A DNA stretch of 64,000 nt from Haliotis rubra (lineage: Eukaryota). Shown one piece after another: positions 13,943 to 28,172 of this stretch; position 1 is the first letter of the stretch; every line of letters begins with the position of its first letter. Both the position numbers and the translations under genes were made by a program. The stretch covers positions 1,302,001 through 1,366,000 of the forward strand of contig NW_025767501.1 in the NCBI RefSeq assembly GCF_003918875.1, in the 5' to 3' direction. The notes under the pieces are model-generated. The model was not told where the DNA came from, ran no database searches, and saw only the letters and a program-made list of their open reading frames with translations.

Positions 13943-16001
13943 CTCCTCCACCCTCTTCTCCACAACCCTGATTCTCCTCTACCCTCATCTCCACAACCCT
14001 GATTCTCCTCCACCCTCATCTCCACAACTCTGATTCTCCTCCACCTTCATCTCAAAAACCCTGATTCTCCTCTACCCTCATCTCAACAACCCCTATTCTC
14101 TTCCACCCTCATCTCCACAACTCTGATTCTCCTCCACCCTCATCTCCACAACCCAGATTCTCCTCCACCCTCATCTCTACTACTCTGATTCTCCTCCACC
14201 CTCATCTCCACAACCCCTATTCTCTTCCACCCTCATTTCCACAACCCAGATTCTCCTCCACCCTCATCTCCACTACTCTGATTCTCCTCCACCCTCATCT
14301 CCACAACCCCTATTCTCTTCCACCCTCATCTCCACAACTCTGATTCTCCTCCACCCTCATCTCCACAACTCTGATTCTCCTCCACCCTCATTTCCACAAC
14401 CCAGATTCTCCTCCACCCTCATCTCCACTACTCTGATTCTCCCCCACCCTCATTTCCACAACCCAGATTCTCCTCCACCCTCATCTCCACTACTCTGATT
14501 CTCCTTCACCCTCATCTCCACAACCCTGATTCTCCTTCACCCTCATCTCCACAACTCTGATTCTCCTCCACCCTTATCTCCACAACCCTGATTCTCCTCC
14601 ACCCTCATCTCTACAACCCCATTTCTCCTCCACCGTCATCTCCACAACCCCAATTCTCCTCCACCCTCATCTCCACAACTCTGATTCTCCTCCACCCTCA
14701 TTTTCACAACCCTGATTCTCCTCCACCCTCATTTTCACAACCCTGATTCTCCTCCACCCTCAGCTCCACAACCCTGATTCTCCTCCACTCTCATCTCCAC
14801 AACCTAGATTCTCCTCCACCCTCATCTCTACAACCCAGATTCTCCTCCACCCTCATCTCCACAACTCTGATTCTCCTTCACCCTCATCTCCACAACTCTG
14901 ATTCTCCTCCACCCTCATCTCCACAACCCTGATTTTCCTCCACCCTCATCTCCACAACCCCGATTCTCCTCCGGCCTCATCTCCACAACTCTGATTCTCC
15001 TCCACCCTCATCTCCACAACCTCAATTCTCCTCCACTCTCATCTCCACAACCCCAATTCTCCTCCACCCTCATCTCCACAACTCTGATTCTCCTTCACCC
15101 TCATCTCCACAACCCAGATTCTCCTTCACCCTCATCTCCACAACTCTGATTCTCCTCCACCCTCATTTTCACAACCCTGATTCTCCTCCAGCCTCATCTC
15201 CACAACCCAGATTCTCCTCCACCCTCATCTCAACAACTCAGATTCTGCTCCACTCTCATCTCTACAACCCAGATTCTCCTCCACCCTCATCTCCACAACT
15301 CTGATTCTCCTCCACCCTCATCTCCACAACCCTGATTCTCCTCCACCCTCATCTCCACTACTCTGATTCTCTTCCACCCTCATCTCCACAACCCCTATTC
15401 TCTTCCACCCTCATTTCCACAACTCTGATTCTCATCCACCCTCATCTCCACAACCTGATTCTCCTCCACCCTCATCTCAACAACTCAGATTCTGCTCCAC
15501 CCTCATCTCCACAACTCTGAATCTCCTTCACCCTCATCTCCACAACTCTGATTCTCCTCCACCCTCATCTCAACAACTCTGATTCCCTTCCACCTTCATA
15601 TCCACAACCCTGATTCTCCTCCACCCTCATCTCACAACCCTGATTCTCCTTCATCCACATCTCCACAACCTAGATTCTCCTCCACCCTCATCTCCACAAC
15701 CCTGATTCTCCTCCACTCTCATCTCCACAACCCAGATTCTCCTCCACCCTCATCTCCACAAATCTGATTCTCCTCCACCCTCATCTCAACAACTCTGATT
15801 CCCCTCCACCTTCATATCCAAACCCTGATTTTCCTCCACCCTCATCTCCACAACCCTGATTCTCTTCCACCTTCATCTCCACAACCCCAATTCTCTTCCA
15901 CCCACATCTCACAACCCTGATTCTCCTTCATCCACATCTCCACAACCTAGATTCTCCTCCACCCTCATCTCCACAAATCTGATTCTCCTCCACCCTCATC
16001 T
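13943..16001. repeat. C-rich minisatellite, 31-bp unit, about 66 copies
   Basis: Unit CCACCCTCATCTCCACAACCCTGATTCTCCT (e.g. 13981, 14012); strong C/G strand asymmetry. Confidence 0.95.
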
Positions 16002-16205
16002 TCAGATTCTGTTTCTACCTTATTTCCACAATGATTTCCCTACTCCCAAAACACTGTGTCTACCCCCATCTCCATGACTTTGCTTCTACCCCAATGAATT
16101 TCTCCTACTCTTCTCCACACCCCTATCAGTCATATGTCCACCTGTTTTGAATGTACAGAGACTGATTCATCTTCAATTCATTTAAATGAACCTGTCCATG
16201 TTGAC

Positions 16206-16370
16206 TGACTCACTGAGTTTGGTTTTTTATGCCGCTTTAAGCAATATTCCAGCAACATCACGGGGGGACACCAGAAATAGGCTTCACACATTGTACCCAA
16301 GTGGGGATTCGAACCCGGGTCTTCGGCGCGATGAGCCAACGCTTTAACCACTAAGCTACCCCACAGCCCC
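16206..16370 (-). mobile_element. tRNA-derived SINE family B, full length
   Basis: Minus strand shows A box (TAGCTTAGTGG), B box (GGTTCGAATCC), the shared GCTGGAATATTGCT tail and a TCAG/TCAC end. 10-bp TSD CCATGTTGAC at 16196-16205 and 16371-16380. Confidence 0.9.
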
Positions 16371-19023
16371 CCATGTTGACAATCCTCTTTGGTAACACAC
16401 ATTGTCTTCTCACAGGTTTTTCACATCATATTTAGGTTTTGTTTTTCGCATCAATTTTATAGAAACAACACTGGTACGAATAAAGCAGTAATGTGTAATT
16501 TTTCAACAAGAGCAAAAACTATGTTATGTGCCCTTAAAGCACCAACAACATTTAGTTATTACTAGGATCATACATAAGCAATCATTGTCTCAATGGTCCG
16601 TTCTAAGTAACTACATATATTACACAAATGGTTTTCTTTTCAACCCAAATCCTCTTTAGTGAGGTAAATACATTTCTTTTCATGAAGGTTGAAAAAAAGT
16701 TCCATCTAGCAATGACTTTCAGTGATATTTTTGGCTGACAATGATACATGATATATATAGATGTACAAATCTTTGACATAGATGTATGGTGGGAGTCTTA
16801 ATTCTTACCATGAAATAAGTTTGGTGAAAACAAGAATCTTCCTGTCCACGTTCCTTCACAGGTCAGGTCATCATATTTATTCTCTCTTTTGAGATCAGCA
16901 GCTTGAAATTTCCTTTTTCATCATAATTAGTCAACACAAATTGCCCTGGAATGTCATGGTTTAGTCAATATATGTTCGATCTCCTGCTCCCCAAGTGGTG
17001 TTTGTCTACAGTACTTAACAACCAGATATAGGAAATGACATACTTGTCACAATAGCACTGGTCAGATGACATCCAGCTCTGATTGTATATTTCAAAGGAT
17101 TGTCTATGATTAAGGTCATATTGCGTCTTTACTTATCATATTTACCATGCCTCTGAGGACTGTAGGATGTGGTTGCGAAATCGACAATTGTACATTTCAC
17201 TTAATGAGTAGTGTGTGTCTGCGAGCAACGAGCGAGCACTAAAGGTCACCTTTGTAGAGGAAGGTCACACTCTGGCTGTTGGCGGCCTCTAATTTCCTGT
17301 ATTTTGACATATTATATGTTTTTCAGCAGTGACGACTCTCATTGGCCATAATGGCGGAAACAGAGGAAAATATTCAGCTAATATTGCCGTTAGTCATCCA
17401 GGGTTCGTAGCCATTGAGATGGATATAATGCTGTCTGGTTTCAGCCATAACAAGGAAGATGTTTATGAATAAAACCAAATTCTTGTTACTTGAACTGATT
17501 GTTTTACATACAATCTACAAAAAAAGTGATTTTATACACAAAACAAAATTATTGACTCTAGTGAATTTGTTAGCTGTTAAGTGTTTAATAATGTTATTGA
17601 TCCTATTCATTTTCAACATATTCTTACTCCCATCCCACAGATTTATTGGGTATTTTAACTAACAATAGCCAATATTAAAAATGATTCCGCTGAAAATAAA
17701 TGTTTTGGGTCAATGAGGATATTCAGATCTGTTTTTGTGTGTAGCTCATCTGGAACTTCGTATAGTTATTGTCTCACACTGAAAAACAACAACAGTAGAT
17801 GCAGAGGGAGGTTGTGTCACATATGCTCAGATAACTGATATGACGAGCAGTTATTGAAAGCAACATTCAATTTAAAACTGTGACATGTAATGGAATTATT
17901 GTGTACAATTTGAAATAAAGTTACATGAATGGTGTCATCAATAGATCCATATTGTAATCCTGTGTTAACCTTTGTGGAATAAAACCCCATGGTTTCAGTA
18001 CTCATATCTTTATCCAAGCTAAAGTCAAACATGGAGGAATAATATGTAGGAATGAATAAAACATCATGGCTTGTAAGGCATTTACTGATTTTCACAAATA
18101 AAAATCAATAAAGCAAAATAGACTATCATCAGTTAAAAAAATGTTTAATGCCATTAAGTCTTGGAACCCCATTAAGCATTAAATTACATCACAAAGTATT
18201 TTCATGACAAAGGATAAACTCCCCATCACCTTCTATCTTCAAAAGAACATGTCTTATTCAGCACACCATTTCTATTTAGACTCTTAGCAGTGTGTGAGTT
18301 ATTTCCAAAAATGTACAGCTGTGAGGAGTTTATGCAAGCAAATTCCACTGTGATGAAAAGCCAAGCTGGACATGCAATTTAAAAATAATACAGATTGGTT
18401 TGCGTATCATGTGCAGGAATAAACTACATCAATGAAGAGGATATATGTGAAATTTATGCTGAACAATATCTGGACAAGATGATTTACTATTGAAATTGTT
18501 CTGCAAGGCATAGTTTTATGTGCAGAGATTAAGATTACCTTTTGTAATTTCTCATAAACCTTGCTGGAAATAGAAATCAGCACTCCACACATTTCCTCCC
18601 CGATCTCCTGACAATGATGTAACCTAAAGGATCTTGCTGCAGTTATGTCAAGAAATGGGGTCTGAAACTATTGTTTTACCTGAAGTAGAGGCTTTGCTTT
18701 GTTGGATTGAAAAGACAGTGCTTGCTGACAGATGCTAATCAAACTGCTACAACTGTCTTTTATGATAAAATGTATGGAGTTTGTGATATATGCATCTATT
18801 CTTCACATCAGCAAAGTTTCTTCTCAAGGCATCTGTAGTGGCAATGATCATTGTTGCTGAAAATACTGTCAATGGTGAGCTCCAGATCAGTTTACATATG
18901 ATTTCTCTGAAATCAATGTGAACAGTATTGAAATTTTAAAAATGTTACAATGAGCACTGTTTATTGCCAGATAATGTAACAACAGGTTTAACTAGATGAC
19001 TCCAGTACAGAGCTGTTAACATG

Positions 19024-19394
19024 TTATTATCCCCCGCCATGAAATGGGAGGGGGATATAGGTTTGAGATCTGTCTGTCCGTCCATCTGAGATGATGGGGA
19101 CAGATTTTCTCAGAAACCATTATAGATAGGGAAACAAACTTTGATAGGTGTTTTCAGGACAATGAATGCCTTGATGGAGTTCGAAATCTGAAACCATGTT
19201 ACAATTTGTTACAGAGTTATGGCCCTTGTTATGCATTTCTTGACTTAGTTCATGTTCCCATTTAACCCATTTAAGATTCCCAGATTTTCCCATTTAACAG
19301 CTTATGTATCGCTATGTGTAGGAAGAATTAATAGTTGTCAAAATAGGAACAGAACACTGTGGCGGTGGATATTGATGACCATGTCTTCTTGTTT
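19024..19394 (+). mobile_element. Helentron-associated (HINE/DINE-1-like) element
   Basis: 5' TTATTATCCCCCGCCA with inverted copies (GGGGGATA nearby, TGGCGGTGGATA near the 3' end); (GTCT/GTCC) microsatellite; AGTTATGGCCCTTG motif; CTTGTTT terminus in T-rich context. Confidence 0.7.
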
Positions 19395-20130
19395 CCAGTG
19401 TTACCTGCTCACACTGATGTCTGCATTGTTAAAAATAACTCAATGGTGGCATGTTTGATGTCATTCCCCTCTACACAGTGTTAATTTGGGAGAAAATAGT
19501 GTACACTGTACACAAAACAACTTTCTGTTTCAAGTATGGGAAGTGAACACATATATTGATATGGTTCTAAGACACATAGAGACTACAGGAGATGCTCTTC
19601 TCCCCTACTGGATGATGATGCTATCATGTCATGTGCTGCAAGTGTGGCATTTCCAGTGGGAAGCACAATGGCATTCATCACCAATAAATGACAGTTCCAG
19701 TTTCTGTCCTGTCAGTTTGGTACCAAATGTATATTATTATCAGTTCCAATGCAGCAAATGTTTCCAGCAAAGAAAAAACTAACACATTGAAAATGCTTTG
19801 TTTATTTATGTTTATGTTTAAAAAATCCTTACAATCCATATAACAACTAATAAAAATGCCTAACTGGAATATTTTTGCATTCTGGGGCTAGTGTTTTATG
19901 ATATGAATGATTTCTAAAAGTTATTGAAAAGTAGTTTCTTTATATTTTGGTCTAGTCCATAAATGTAAGGGATAATGACTTCAACATGCCAATCCATCTG
20001 AACATTTTGGGTCATATAAATATCACTGCTGTCCAAAACATTCTGTGAGATGGGTCAAACTTGCATGTAATGATAACATTCTAAATCATTCTTCGATTTC
20101 ACTATCACTATTTAAAATGCTAACAAACAA

Positions 20131-22536
20131 TGCCAGCCCTTGTGTTGACCTCACCTGTCATACATTGTCTGTAGTGCTATGCCAGTCTCTGTGTGGGCCT
20201 CACCTGTCATACATTGTCTGTAGTGGTATGCCAGTCTCTGTGTGGGCCTCACCTGTCATACATTGTCTGTAGTGGTATGCCAGTCTCTGTGTGGGGTTCA
20301 CCTGTCATACATTGTCATTAGTGGTATGCCAACCCCTGTGTGGGGTTCACCTGTCATACATTGTCTGTAGTGGTATGTCTGTCTGTAGTGGTATGCCAGT
20401 CCTTGTGTGGGCCTCACCTGTCATACATTGTCTGTAGTGGTATGCCAGTCCTTGTGTGGGCCTCACCCATCATACATTGTCTATAGTTGTATGCCTGTCT
20501 GTAGTGGTATGCCAGTCCTTGTGTGGGCCTCACCTGTCATACATTGTCTGTAGGGTATGCCAGTCCTTGTGTGGGCCTCACCTGTCATACATTGTCTGTA
20601 GTGGTATGCCAGTCTCTGTGTGGGCCTCACCTGTCATACATTGTCTGTAGGGTATGCCAGTCCTTGTGTGAGCCTCACCTGTCATACATTGTCTGTAGTG
20701 GTATGTCTGTCCTTGTGTGGGCCTCACCTGTCATACATTGTCTGTAGTGGTATGCCAGCCCTTGTGTGAGCCTCACCTGTCATACATTGTCTGTAGTGGT
20801 ATGTCTGTCCTTGTGTGGGCCTCACCTGTCATACATTGTCTGTAGTGGTATGTCATGTATTGTCTTGTGGTATGCGGAGCCTCACCTGTCATACATTGTC
20901 TGTAGTGGTATGTCTGTCCATGTGTGGGCCTCACCTGTCATACATTGTCTGTAGGGTATGCCAGTCCTTGTGTGGGCCTCACCTATCATACATTGTCTGT
21001 AGTGGTATGCCAGTCCTTGTGTGGGCCTCACCTGTCATACATTGTCTGTAGTGGTATGCCAGTCCTTGTGTGAGCCTCACCTATCATACATTGTCTGTAG
21101 TAGTATGCCAGCCCTTGTGTGGACCTCACCTGTCATACATTGTCTGTAGTGGTATGCCAGTCCTTGTGTGAGCCTGCCAGTCCTTGTGTGAGCCTCACCT
21201 ATCATACATTGTCTGTAGTGGTATGCCAGTCCTTGTGTGAGCCTCACCTATCATACATTGTCTGTAGTAGTATGCCAGTCCTCTGTGTTGACCTCACCTG
21301 TCATACATTGTCTGTAGTGGTATGCCAGTCCTTGTGTGGGCCTCACCCATCATACATTGTCTATAGTTGTATGCCTGTCTGTAGTGGTATGCCAGTCCTT
21401 GTGTGAGCCTCACCTATCATACATTGTCTGTAGTGGTATGCCAGTCCTTGTGTGAGCCTCACCTATCATACATTGTCTGTAGTAGTATGCCAGCCCTTGT
21501 GTGGGCCTCACCCATCATACATTGTCTATAGTTGTATGCCTGTCTGTAGTGGTATGCCAGTCCTTGTGTGAGCCTCACCTATCATACATTGTCTGTAGTG
21601 GTATGCCAGTCCTTGTGTGAGCCTCACCTATCATACATTGTCTGTAGTAGTATGCCAGCCCTTGTGTTGACCTCACCTGTCATACATTGTCTGTAGTGGT
21701 ATGCCAGCCCTTGTGTGAGCCTCACCTATCATATATTGTCTATAGTGGTATGTCTGTCCATGTGTGGGCCTCACCTGTCATACATTGTCTGTAGTGGTAT
21801 GCCAGTCTCTGTGTTGACCTCACCTGTCATACATTGTCTGTAGTAGTATGTCTGTCCTTGTGTGGGCCTCACCTGTCATATATTGTCTGTAGTGGTATGC
21901 CAGTCCTTGTGTGGGCCTCACCTGTCATACATTGTCTGTAGTGGTATGTCTGTCCTTGTGTGGGCCTCACCTGTCATATATTGTCTGTAGTTGTATGCCA
22001 GTCCTTGTGTGGGCCTCACCTGTCATACATTGTCTGTAGTAGTATGTCTGTCCTTGTGTGGGCCTCACCTATCATATATTGTCTGTAGTGGTATGCCAGC
22101 CCTTGTGTGAGCCTCACCTATCATACATTGTCTGTAGTAGTATGTCTGTCCTTGTGGGCCTCTCCTGTCATATATTGTCTGTAGTGGTATGCCAGTCTCT
22201 GTGTGGACCTCACCTGTCATACATTGTCTGTAGTGGTATGTCTGTCCTTGTGTGGGCCTCACCTGTCATATATTGTCTGTAGTGGTATGCCAGTCTCTGT
22301 GTGGGCCTCACCTGTCATACATTGTGTGTAGTGGTATGCCAGTCTCTGTGTGGGCCTCACCTGTCATACATTGTCTATAGTGGTATGCCAGTCTCTGTGT
22401 GGACCTCACCTGTCATACATTGTCTGTAGTGGTATGTCTGTCCTTGTGTGGGCCTCACCTGTCATACATTGTCTATTGTGGTATGCCAGTCTCTGTGTGG
22501 ACCTCACCTATCATACATTGTCTGTAGTGGTATGCC
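20131..22536. repeat. 49-bp satellite, left arm (about 49 units)
   Basis: Unit GCCAGTCTCTGTGTGGGCCTCACCTGTCATACATTGTCTGTAGTGGTAT (20181, 20230, ...). Confidence 0.95.
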
Positions 22537-22537
22537 G

Positions 22538-25500
22538 CCCAGCTGAAATGAGCAGGCAAAAGACCATGGTATACCATGGTATACCATGGTAGACCATGGT
22601 TCACAGACCATGGTTGACCATGGTGTATCATGGCTTACCACGTCCGGTAAATGGCACCACAGTTTACCATGGTCAAAAGAGACCATGGTCTACTATGGTG
22701 AAAAAAAGACCATGGTGTACCATGGTCAAAAGAGACCATGGTATACCATGGTCTACCATGGATTACCATGGTAAAAAAAGACCATGGTCTATCATGGTTT
22801 AACCACGTGCGGTAAATGGCACCACAGTTTACCATGGTAAGATAAGACCATGGTCTACCATGGTCAACCATGGTAAAAAGAGACCATGGTATACCATGGT
22901 CTACCATGGATTACCATGGTAAAAAAAGACCATGGTGAATCATGGATTTATAAACCACACGGTAAATGGCACCACGGTTTACCATGGAAAAATGAGACCA
23001 TGGTGTGCCATGATCTACCATGGTAAAAAGAAACCATGGTGTACCATGGATTACTACTGAAAAACTGAGACCATGGTCAGTATACCTGTTCGGTAGATGG
23101 CACAACAGTTTACCATTAGAATACCATTATTTAGACTATGGTAAGAAACCAACCGCGCCATACCACAATATATACATTGTAGTCACATACACCATGGCAG
23201 AGAGATCAATTAGAATATTGGGTATTGAAAAATTAACATTAAACAAATTCACGCACTGAAAACAAACTGTTCAAATTATGAAGACACATTTTATTGCTGA
23301 CACTGACAGATTTAAATGAAAGACAACTTGAGGACAGTTGTTGGGAAACCCACAGGGATTGAGGGATATGCTGTGCAACAAGTACAAGTCTAAAGCAAAC
23401 TAGAATTACATATCCAGTAATGCTGCTAGGGACAAATGGCATGTGGACATGTTCATCATTTTTCAGAGGATATTCTTATCTGTTATTTTAGTCTAAAACA
23501 TCTTTAGGGCAGCTTGGATGTCAGTCTATATCCAGGAAAATTAACCAATTCAGAACACCATTTCATGCAGTAATATACAATTTCAGAAAGAGTAATCACT
23601 TTAGTCTATATGGTTTAGAAGTAGACATAATAAATGAGAGTCACAACCAACAGAGAAATTACAACAGGGCCTTAAAAAAATCTACCTGGAAGTTGTACAA
23701 GGGGCATCACAATTTCTCTCAGAAGAAACAGGATGCACACAAGTCTGAAGAACCTTCAGGAAGAGCAGTGGTGACATCACCGAAGATGTCTATATTGGTT
23801 CAGGGATATTGAGTGAGTGAGTTTAGATTTACACCACTTTTAGCAATGTTCCAGCAATATCACGGTGAGGGACACCAGAAAGGGGCTACACACATTGTAC
23901 CCATGTGAGAAATCGAACCCAAGTCTTCAGTGTGAAGAGCAAACGCTCTGGCTCAGGAATAAACTCATCTTGCAGAACTTTATCTTCAGTGTTTCAACAT
24001 TAGGACCATTTCTTCAGAATCGTCCAGTGGAAATCTGAAAAACACACCAACATTTAATCACAATCATTCTATTTCAAACAGTCTTAAGCAAATATCAAAA
24101 AAGTGTTGTTGTTGTTTTTTAAATATATATTTACAGTTGCTCAAAATGTTATATATTTTTAACATATTGCAAATATTTTTTCACCAGACTCTAATTATAT
24201 TATTCAAAATAATTTCTTTACACTGATGGCAGATTACTTTAAATTATTTTTGTAATATGAAGTGTCTATGCCAAGTAACACAATATGTATTAGAAATTAA
24301 AACACAAAATTGGCTTCTAAATAACCATTCATAACCAAATATAATATTCTGAAATGTTTACATTTCCCATTACTTATAATAATCAACATATCATAACATA
24401 GAAAAACGTATCTTACTGTAAGTGAAGCTATTTCCACGTTAGGTGAATAGCTAAACGTTTTGGCACAGTCATTTTTGGTTTACAATCAGTAGTTATTCCA
24501 AAACTGAATACAAATACGATAGAAAGAAAATGAAATATCCATAAACGTGCCTGTAGCAATTATCTCCCTTTTTATGACCCTTTGAATATATTTTGCTGTC
24601 TGTGTAATCTAAGCAAACAAACTGAATCTTTCAGGCTGACCTTTACAAGCCCCGTGAACTTTGACACCATTCCATCACTGATAACTTAACTACAAAAAAG
24701 TCATAACGGTCGTTGTTGTTTTTAAAGTACCGTTAGATATTGGTCGTGTGTTAACATAGATATGTAGAACATATTGCACAAAACCCAAATTAACACTGAC
24801 TTTCCGTTTGAGAGATGTACATTGTATATAAAATGAACACTGCTATATCTTATATCGCCTTTCCGCCATTCTCCTTAAAACTGTTGCTTACCACGCCACC
24901 TATGTTCGTATTAAGCGATTCCCGAACATCAAAACAATTTCAATATATCTTCACTCAAAACAGTTTCAATCTTGCTGTTATTTACTTACCGCCATGCTTA
25001 TGTCCACTGGAATTCAACTTGAGATGTATCCATCGGCACTAAATCTTGTCTATTCCTTTATCATGAGTTCTTGACATATCCATCGCGGGATTATCCTCGA
25101 AATCCGTCCATTGCTAATATATTAGGATATTCTTCGCTTGATCGTTGTAGTCTATTGCCAGTGTTGACAAAGTTGTGTTTCGCCTATCACTGGTTTTGGC
25201 GCTACCACATATGTCTACGGACAAGTAGCAGCTATGGCATCGGTCGCGCCTCGGGAAACGGTCGCGGTGTCCTCAGATCGCATCATTTACATTCGGCTGG
25301 TCCCGAATGGCGCGAGTTGGAAGTTGAAACATACTTTTTAGAAAAGAAAAATTAATTAGTACGACTAGGGATGTATTGTAATTATGTATGTAAAAGGCTG
25401 TGTGATTAGTGCTATCCGCTCTTGAAGTCGCAATAAGATTACGTAAGCACGGATGGGCGCAATGGTTTTGCAATCACGCCGATCGAAGTACTTCATAACA

Positions 25501-27097
25501 ACACTACGCAGTCAACAGTGGATAATTTCTCATCTTATTAACAAATAAAGGCAAGAATTACAATATCTAGGCATCACATCAAAATTAGAATTCATAAACA
25601 GTAATATTGTCAACGACGGAATCGCTAAAAATATATTCAGCGCATACGCCTTCTTCGTCGATCATAACGCGGAAGAATAGTTTTGCACATATCCCCGCAA
25701 TAATTTAAATTTCATTAATCTACTTTGATGTAATCTCTTCCGGTCATATTGCACGCTGAACAGGAAGTGACAGTGAAATGTGTTCTGAAATCGGGAGCTT
25801 CACCATTAACATTGGCGAAAGACGACTTATGACAAGTATGGGCATGTTTGCCGATCGTGATCACTCACGGGAGAAATTCAATGAAATAAGACGATTTTGA
25901 CATTGTACTTCCAAATTTTATTTTATGGAGTAAAGATGAAAAAGAAAGAGAATTAAAAATCTTCCACAGCACTAATTGGTTACGCTGTTATTGACAGAAG
26001 GTAAGTTTTACGCAGAACTGTCTATGTTTCTAAGACGGATCGTGTTAGGCACAGAATATTGTTTCGCCTTCTGTCGCATGCATTGTTTTGTTGTTGCTGT
26101 TTTTTTGGAAAAAAACAACAACTAAAGGCAACCAGGCTGAAAACTAGTAAGACCACGAGAGACGGGTTTACACAGTTCGATGGACAACTTTAGCAAAGGG
26201 GACGAGCAAAATTATTTTATTTTCAGATGTACGGAGGGTTAATTTTGTTTTGATTTTCAAGTGTATAAGACGTCCTTTGTACCTTAAATGTTTGTGTGTT
26301 TCTGTAGCAACAATGAGAAAGTTAAATTGCGTGAACTGTTCCCGTTGATAATTGTTTTTTATGACATTGTGTTCTTGTATTTTTCATTAAAACACGCGCC
26401 ATTTTAACATGTCTCTCACCGACGGAAGTGTTCAATTTTAGTTGTTTAATGCACACAGACGTAAGAACAAGGATCTGTAAGATATCTGTCATGAATATTC
26501 ATTAAAGGCAAACTGTCACTTAGATGTTTTACACACGTCCTTTGTAATGCTATTAGTATAATGCTTTTGTAACACTTCATTGAATGCTCCCGTTATTTTG
26601 TTATTCATAAATGAAACACAATGTCATGAAACAGTCAGGATTTTAATTTTAATTTTTTTATTTATCACAGTTTGAAATGTAAAATTGGTCTGTCATGACC
26701 ATGGTCTACCATAGATTTGTATGTGATGACCATGGTCAACCATTACTTTGTATGAGAACAACACCATGATCTATCATAGTTTTGTCTAAGATGACCATGG
26801 TCTACCCTGGTTTCTGGTGACCATGGTCTATAATGACCATGGACTGCTGTGGTATACCATGGTCACCATGGTCTACCATGGGGAGAAATGTTGGTGACCA
26901 TGGTCTACCATGGTTTCTGGTGACCATGGTCTGCTGTGGTATACCATGGTGACCATGGTCTACCATGGTCTACCATGGTCTACCATGGGGAGAAATGTTA
27001 GTGACCACGGTTTAGCATGGTGAACCATGGTAATACCATGGTTTACCGTGGTAAGCCGTGGTTGACCATGGTCAACCATGGTGCCTTTTCAGCTGGG
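22538..27097. mobile_element. CACTA/EnSpm (CMC)-like non-autonomous DNA transposon, 4.56 kb, inserted in the satellite
   Basis: Perfect 11-bp TIRs CCCAGCTGAAA / TTTCAGCTGGG. Dense ACCATGGT palindromic subterminal arrays at about 22562-23200 and 26697-27082. The satellite resumes in register on the other side. No intact transposase ORF. Confidence 0.8.
23810..23948 (-). mobile_element. tRNA-derived SINE family B, 5'-truncated, nested in the CACTA-like element
   Basis: Family B homology; degenerate TSD TGGTTCAGGGATA (23796-23808) / TGGCTCAGGAATA (23949-23961). Confidence 0.85.
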
Positions 27098-27099
27098 TA

Positions 27100-28172
27100 A
27101 GTCTCTGTGTGGGCCTCACCTGTCATACATTGTCTATAGTGGTATGTCAGTCTCTGTGTGGACCTCACCTATCATACATTGTCTGTAGTGGTATGTCTGT
27201 CCTTGTGTGGGCCTCACCTGTCATATATTGTCTGTAGTGGTATGCCAGTCTCTGTGTTGACCTCACCTGTCATACATTGTCTGTAGTGGTATGCCAGTCT
27301 CTGTGTGTGGACCTCACCTATCATACATTGTCTGTAGTGGTATGTCTGTCCTTGTGTGGGCCTCACCTGTCATATATTGTCTGTAGTGGTATGCCAGTCT
27401 CTGTGTTGACCTCACCTGTCATACATTGTCTGTAGTGGTATGCCAGTCTCTGTGTGGACCTCACCTGTCATACATTGTCTGTAGTGGTATGTCTGTCCTT
27501 GTGTGGGCCTCACCTGTCATATATTGTCTATAGTGGTATGCCAGTCCTTGTGTGGGGTTCACCTGTCATACATTGTCTGTAGTGGTATGTCTGTCCTTGT
27601 GTGGGCCTCACCTGTCAGATATTGTCTGTAGTGGTATGCCAGTCCTTGTGTGGGCCTCACCTGTCATACATTGTCTGTAGTGGTATGCCAGTCTCTGTGT
27701 TGACCTCACCTGTCATACATTGTCTGTAGTGGTATGCCAGTCTCTGTGTGGACCTCACCTGTCATACATTGTCTGTAGTGGTATGTCTGTCCTTGTGTGG
27801 GCCTCACCTGTCATATATTGTGTGTAGTGGTATGCCAGTCCTTGTGTGGGCCTCACCTGTCATACATTGTCTGTAGTGGTATGCCAGTCTCTGTGTGGAC
27901 CTCACCTGTCATACATTGTCTGTAGTGGTATGCCAGTCTCTGTGTGGGCCTCACCTGTCATACATTGTCTGTAGTGGTATGCCAGTCTCTGTGTGGGCCT
28001 CACCCATCATACATTGTCTGTAGTGGTATGCCAGTCTCTGTGTGGACCTCACCTGTCATACATTGTCTGTAGTGGTATGTCTGTCTTGTGTGGGCCTCAC
28101 CTGTCATACATTGTCTGTAGTGGTATGCCAGTCTCTGTGTGGACCTCACCTGTCATATATTGTCTGTAGTGA
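27100..28172. repeat. 49-bp satellite, right arm (about 22 units)
   Basis: Same unit and orientation as 20131-22536. Confidence 0.95.

Noticed and set aside
17200-17410. Host promoter/first exon (AATGGCGG YY1-like motif, ATG MAETEENIQ)
   Set aside because: The frame stops after 19 codons and no downstream donor is evident; the CpG enrichment is short and could be a TE relic.
20131-28172. CRISPR array interpretation of this or the other tandem arrays
   Set aside because: Units are contiguous with no unique spacers, there are no cas genes, and the context is eukaryotic.
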